32,000 nt of DNA from Patescibacteria group bacterium. Lineage in GTDB: Bacteria; Patescibacteriota; Patescibacteriia; 2-01-FULL-39-33. How positions within the stretch are numbered: position 1 is the first letter of the stretch; every line of letters starts with the position of its first letter. The stretch is from contig JBAZMW010000003.1 of NCBI GenBank assembly GCA_041649575.1, positions 150,001 to 182,000 on the forward strand, in the 5' to 3' direction. Shown one piece after another: positions 28,984-32,000 of this stretch. The notes under the pieces are model-generated. The model was not told the DNA's origin. It saw only the letters and a list, made by a program, of their open reading frames with translations, and searched no databases. A program made the translations under genes and the position numbers.

Positions 28984-29208
28984 TTACGTGGTGCCGCAAT
29001 AGGCTGGCCGGTGGGAGCTGCGTCGCACAGTTCCTCTTGGCGGCCTTTCGGCTCTCCTGATCCGAGGGCGCTGAAGCGTGTTGGAGACTATCTGGTAGCC
29101 TCTCGCGACCAAGTCGCGGATGAATGCCTTCACCCTTCCACGTCCTTTCACCAGTGCCATATGCAGCTGATCCTTCAAATCCCGATACCTGACAAGATAC
29201 CTTCTCAT
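28984..29208 (-). CDS. Small Arg-rich protein, possible ribbon-helix-helix DNA binder (cassette L). Alternatively a 105-aa leaderless form starting at 29301
   Basis: AAGGAG lies 9 nt before ATG 29208. MRRYLVRYRDLKDQLHMALVKGRGRVKAFIRDLVARGY fits a strand-helix-helix pattern, followed by an Arg/Pro-rich tail. The coding status is itself uncertain. Confidence 0.35.
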   Translation of the reverse strand: MRRYLVRYRDLKDQLHMALVKGRGRVKAFIRDLVARGYQIVSNTLQRPRIRRAERPPRGTVRRSSHRPAYCGTT

Positions 29209-29309
29209 GCGCCATCGCTCCTTATGTTTTCCTCTGCCAGAATGCCCTATACTCATTTTCGACCAATCGGTTATGACCCTCCTTTCCAATGTCCACAGCA
29301 TGATTGTTT

Positions 29310-29338
29310 ATCATAGCACCAGGCAGGAGGTTTGTCAA
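29310..29338 (-). promoter_or_regulatory. Promoter of cassette L (TTGACA-17-TGcTATGAT)
   Basis: On the minus strand: ttgaca at 29333-29338 and tatgat at 29310-29315, spacer 17 nt. The first ATG (29301) lies 8 nt after the -10. Confidence 0.6.
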
Positions 29339-29360
29339 ACTTATCTTAAAGAAACTACGT

Positions 29361-30821
29361 TTAAACGGTTTCCACCTTGACCAAATTGGTCTTGCCCTGG
29401 CGGCCAAACGGATGGCCGGTGACAATAATTATGGTCTCGCTTTTTTTGGCCAGCTTGGCTGTTTGCACCAATGTCTTGATTTTGGCAATCAGGGCTTCGA
29501 AAGAATTAACCAGCGGCAAAACAAAAGCGCTCACCCCCCAGCTTAGGGACAGCTGATTGGCGGTAAAAACTGAGGGAGTCAGGGCAATGATAATGGCTTT
29601 GGGTCGAAAGCTGGAAATGTTTCTGGCGGTGGCGCCGGAAACCGTGGCGCAGGCAATCAACTTGACCTTAGTCAAATCCTCGGCCAAATCCTGGGCCACA
29701 AAACTCATTATTTTATTAAGCGATTGATTTTTGTATTTGTTTTCTTTGGCTTCTTGCTCCTCTATCTCCCTGGCCTCGATTTCTTTGGCAATGCGCGACA
29801 TCGCCGCCACGGCTCTAAGCGGATACTGACCGGTGGCGGTCTCTCCCGAAAGCATGATGGCGTCGGTGCCGTCTAAAACGGCGTTGGCCACATCGGAAAC
29901 TTCGGCGCGCGTCGGCAAAGGATTTCTGATCATCGAATCGAGCATTTGGGTGGCGACAATCACCGGCTTGCCGGCTTGCCGGCATTCGTCGATAATCTTT
30001 TTTTGAATCAGAGGCAAGTCCTCAAAGGGCAGCTCGATGCCCAAGTCGCCGCGGGCGATCATAATGGCGTCGGCCGCCGCCAAAATTTGCGAAAAATTCT
30101 TCACCGCTTCGCGGCGTTCGATTTTGGCAATAAGCTTGGTGTGCGCGCCACTAGTCTTGCTGCTGCCAGCCGGATAATATTTTTTTTCCAGAGCAAAAAT
30201 CTTTTTTCTTAAATTGACAATGTCTTTGGCGTCTTTGACAAAAGAGAGGGCGATAAAATCAACTTTGTTTTTGACGCCAAAATCGACATCGGCTAAATCC
30301 TTTTTGGTCAGTGGCGGACACTTGATAAGCGATTTAGGAAAATTCATGCCTTTGTGGGATTTGATGATGCCGCCGGTGATCACTTTGCAGACAATAGTGT
30401 CATTTTTGATTTTGGTGACGCTTAACTCAATGGTGGCGTCGTCGATTAAAACCGGCTGACCCGCCTTGAGGTCGCGGTATAGCTCTTTATATTGAATGGG
30501 AACGACGACAGCGGATTGGGACGACACTTGGCGCTTTGGGGGCACTAAAAAAACTTCCTGGCCGCGGCTGACTTTCAGGCCGGCTTGGCCCACTTCGCCG
30601 ATACGAATACGCGGCCCCTGCAAATCCTGAATAATGGCCAGCTGGCTTTTCAGGCTTTTGGCCACGGAACGCAAATTACCGATAAGCAACCGGTGGTGCT
30701 TGTAGCTGCCATGGGAAAAATTAAGACGCGCCACATTCAGGCCGGCTTTGATCATTTTTTCCATAATGATTTTGGTCTGAGAAGCCGGGCCAATGGTGGC
30801 TACGATTTTGGTGCGTTTCAT
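29361..30821 (-). CDS. pyk: Pyruvate kinase
   Basis: KIVATIGPAS, ARLNFSHG, MIARGDLGIE and ATQMLDSM motifs; 486 aa. Confidence 0.9.
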   Translation of the reverse strand: MKRTKIVATIGPASQTKIIMEKMIKAGLNVARLNFSHGSYKHHRLLIGNLRSVAKSLKSQLAIIQDLQGPRIRIGEVGQAGLKVSRGQEVFLVPPKRQVSSQSAVVVPIQYKELYRDLKAGQPVLIDDATIELSVTKIKNDTIVCKVITGGIIKSHKGMNFPKSLIKCPPLTKKDLADVDFGVKNKVDFIALSFVKDAKDIVNLRKKIFALEKKYYPAGSSKTSGAHTKLIAKIERREAVKNFSQILAAADAIMIARGDLGIELPFEDLPLIQKKIIDECRQAGKPVIVATQMLDSMIRNPLPTRAEVSDVANAVLDGTDAIMLSGETATGQYPLRAVAAMSRIAKEIEAREIEEQEAKENKYKNQSLNKIMSFVAQDLAEDLTKVKLIACATVSGATARNISSFRPKAIIIALTPSVFTANQLSLSWGVSAFVLPLVNSFEALIAKIKTLVQTAKLAKKSETIIIVTGHPFGRQGKTNLVKVETV

Positions 30822-30833
30822 AAAAATTAATTT

Positions 30834-31157
30834 TTACAACTTGATGGTTTTGACAATCCAATCGCCCAGGCTTTTGGCTGGCTGGGCTAAAAGGGGCAGG
30901 CCCCATTTCTCTCCCTGCAATGCCTTGATGATGCCAATGATAGCCAAAATGCCAATCAAAATATTGATCATCCAGCCAAAGACCGGGATCAGCATCAAGA
31001 CCACGGAAACCACAAACAACAAAACTCCCTGACTGGCGTGGAAGCGGACGAAGTCGCTTTTTTTCCTGACGGCCAGAGCCACCAGGCTTAGGATCCAAAG
31101 ATAGCTAATGGCACCCCAGATTTTTTCTTCTTGAGAGACGGATTTTTGTTCCGGCAT
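30834..31157 (-). CDS. Small membrane protein, DUF4870-like
   Basis: WGAISYLWILSLVALAVRKKSDFVRFHASQGVLLF pattern; 3 TM. Confidence 0.6.
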   Translation of the reverse strand: MPEQKSVSQEEKIWGAISYLWILSLVALAVRKKSDFVRFHASQGVLLFVVSVVLMLIPVFGWMINILIGILAIIGIIKALQGEKWGLPLLAQPAKSLGDWIVKTIKL

Positions 31158-31174
31158 AGTTTTGAAATTATTTT

Positions 31175-31603
31175 TTAATTTTTGTTTTTGGAATGAAAAA
31201 TAAAAACTACCAGTAGCGGCACCAGCGCTCCCACTACAGCCACCAAAACGGTTTCGGTAATCAGATTAAAAAGTTTCCACAACTGGAAACCGTCGAAAAG
31301 CCTGAAAATCGCGACTACCAAGCCGATGACCAGGCCGGCGCAACCGCCAGCGATGGCGGCAATAGGCAAGCTGCGGCCAAAAACCTTAATCACCCGCCAG
31401 CCGATAAGCAAAAAAATGATTAGTCTGATAATCCAGGCCAGCAGCTCGTTTTGGCTAAAAATGATTCCCGCCTCGAAATTTCTGGACCAGCTGCGGAAAG
31501 CCAATTCCAGAATCAGAGCCAAAAGCAGCCACCATTTGATAAAAGAAAAATAAACGGTGAAATCTATCGGCTCCCAGGTTTTTTTTGCTTTGATTTCTGA
31601 CAT
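31175..31603 (-). CDS. Hypothetical 4-TM membrane protein
   Basis: 142-aa hydrophobic ORF. A TATAAT (31612-31617, minus) lies 8 nt before the ATG, so it is possibly leaderless. Confidence 0.6.
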   Translation of the reverse strand: MSEIKAKKTWEPIDFTVYFSFIKWWLLLALILELAFRSWSRNFEAGIIFSQNELLAWIIRLIIFLLIGWRVIKVFGRSLPIAAIAGGCAGLVIGLVVAIFRLFDGFQLWKLFNLITETVLVAVVGALVPLLVVFIFHSKNKN

Positions 31604-31633
31604 CCACTATTATTATAGCTTATCGGCGGGAAT

Positions 31634-31667
31634 AAAAAAACCCTCCCGCTTAAGCGGGAGAATTTTT
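31634..31667 (-). terminator. Terminator after groEL
   Basis: ctcccgc-ttaa-gcgggag, followed on the minus strand by ggttttttt. Confidence 0.8.
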
Positions 31668-31684
31668 TATTCTTAAAAAATTTT

Positions 31685-32000
31685 TTACATCATGCCCATG
31701 CCGCCGCCCATGCCGGGCATACCGGCCGGTTCGTGCTGGCAAGAATTTTTTTCCGGCAGATCGGTGACCGCGCATTCGGTGGTCAGTATCATGGAAGCGG
31801 CCGAAGCGGCATTCTGCAGGGCGCTGCGAACAACCTTGGTGGGATCAATCACGCCGCAAGCCACCAAATCCTCGTACTGACCGCTTAGGGCATTATAGCC
31901 AAAATTATCTTGATGCTTTTTCACCTCTTCCAAAACCACCGCGCCGTTATCGCCGGCATTCTCGGCAATTAGTTTCAATGGCTCAATAATGGCACGGCCC
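31685..32000 (-). CDS. groL: Chaperonin GroEL, C-terminal part (5' end beyond window)
   Basis: The frame stays open to the window edge (…[22 protein letters not shown]…). [24 protein letters not shown] is present, and the tail is the Gly/Met-rich [10 protein letters not shown]. Confidence 0.9.
   Translation of the reverse strand, partial: GRAIIEPLKLIAENAGDNGAVVLEEVKKHQDNFGYNALSGQYEDLVACGVIDPTKVVRSALQNAASAASMILTTECAVTDLPEKNSCQHEPAGMPGMGGGMGMM

Noticed and set aside
28886-29316. Alternative ORFs in the GC-rich unit upstream of lgt (28886-29215 minus; 29011-29316 plus).
   Set aside because: They have no SD or promoter in the right place and no recognisable pattern. The plus-strand ORF would run against the promoter and terminator orientation. 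The 28984-29208/29301 frame is kept only as the best, still weak, candidate.
4588-31667. Three terminators sharing the stem CCCTCCCG/CGGGAGGG (4588-4618, 25423-25451, 31634-31667) as a dispersed repeat family.
   Set aside because: Only the 7-8-bp stem is shared, while the loops and flanks differ. This is most simply explained as convergent GC-clamp terminators in an AT-rich genome.

Overview
This is an AT-rich, gene-dense bacterial window. Gene content suggests a small-genome Patescibacteria/CPR-type organism: many small membrane proteins, a T4SS-pilin-like gene, and mostly SD-less or leaderless starts. That taxonomic call is inference only.

Backbone genes:
- topA 3' end
- an RSH (p)ppGpp enzyme
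- parB-parA
- a tRNA-fMet / tRNA(CAU) / tRNA-Leu cluster
- a GT4 glycosyltransferase, an M16 peptidase and glyQS
- an AI-2E transporter
- smpB followed by tmRNA
- infC-rpmI-rplT
- lgt, pyk and the groEL 3' end

Three things stand out.
1. A single 5.8-kb ORF (13297-19143, minus) encodes a 1,948-aa protein with three TM helices. It carries two families of triplicated internal modules, an embedded GrpE-like domain and a 126-nt in-frame tandem duplication.
2. Between about 19.7 and 29.3 kb lies a mosaic of visibly GC-rich transcription units. Each has its own TTGACA-17-TAnnnT promoter, a strong Shine-Dalgarno and a hairpin terminator, and they are interleaved with AT-rich native-looking genes. The proteins are almost all unassignable. 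They include a translationally coupled three-gene operon (zinc-ribbon protein plus two 3-TM proteins). Two of the promoters are near-identical.
3. The tRNA-Asp locus is flanked by a degenerate tRNA-Asp-derived duplicate carrying about 300 nt of highly structured GC-rich RNA-like sequence, by 13-bp and 17-bp direct repeats, and by a recurring GC-rich intergenic motif.

I saw no integrase, reverse transcriptase, CRISPR array, rRNA or IS element. All function calls rest on motif recognition by eye; no searches were run.
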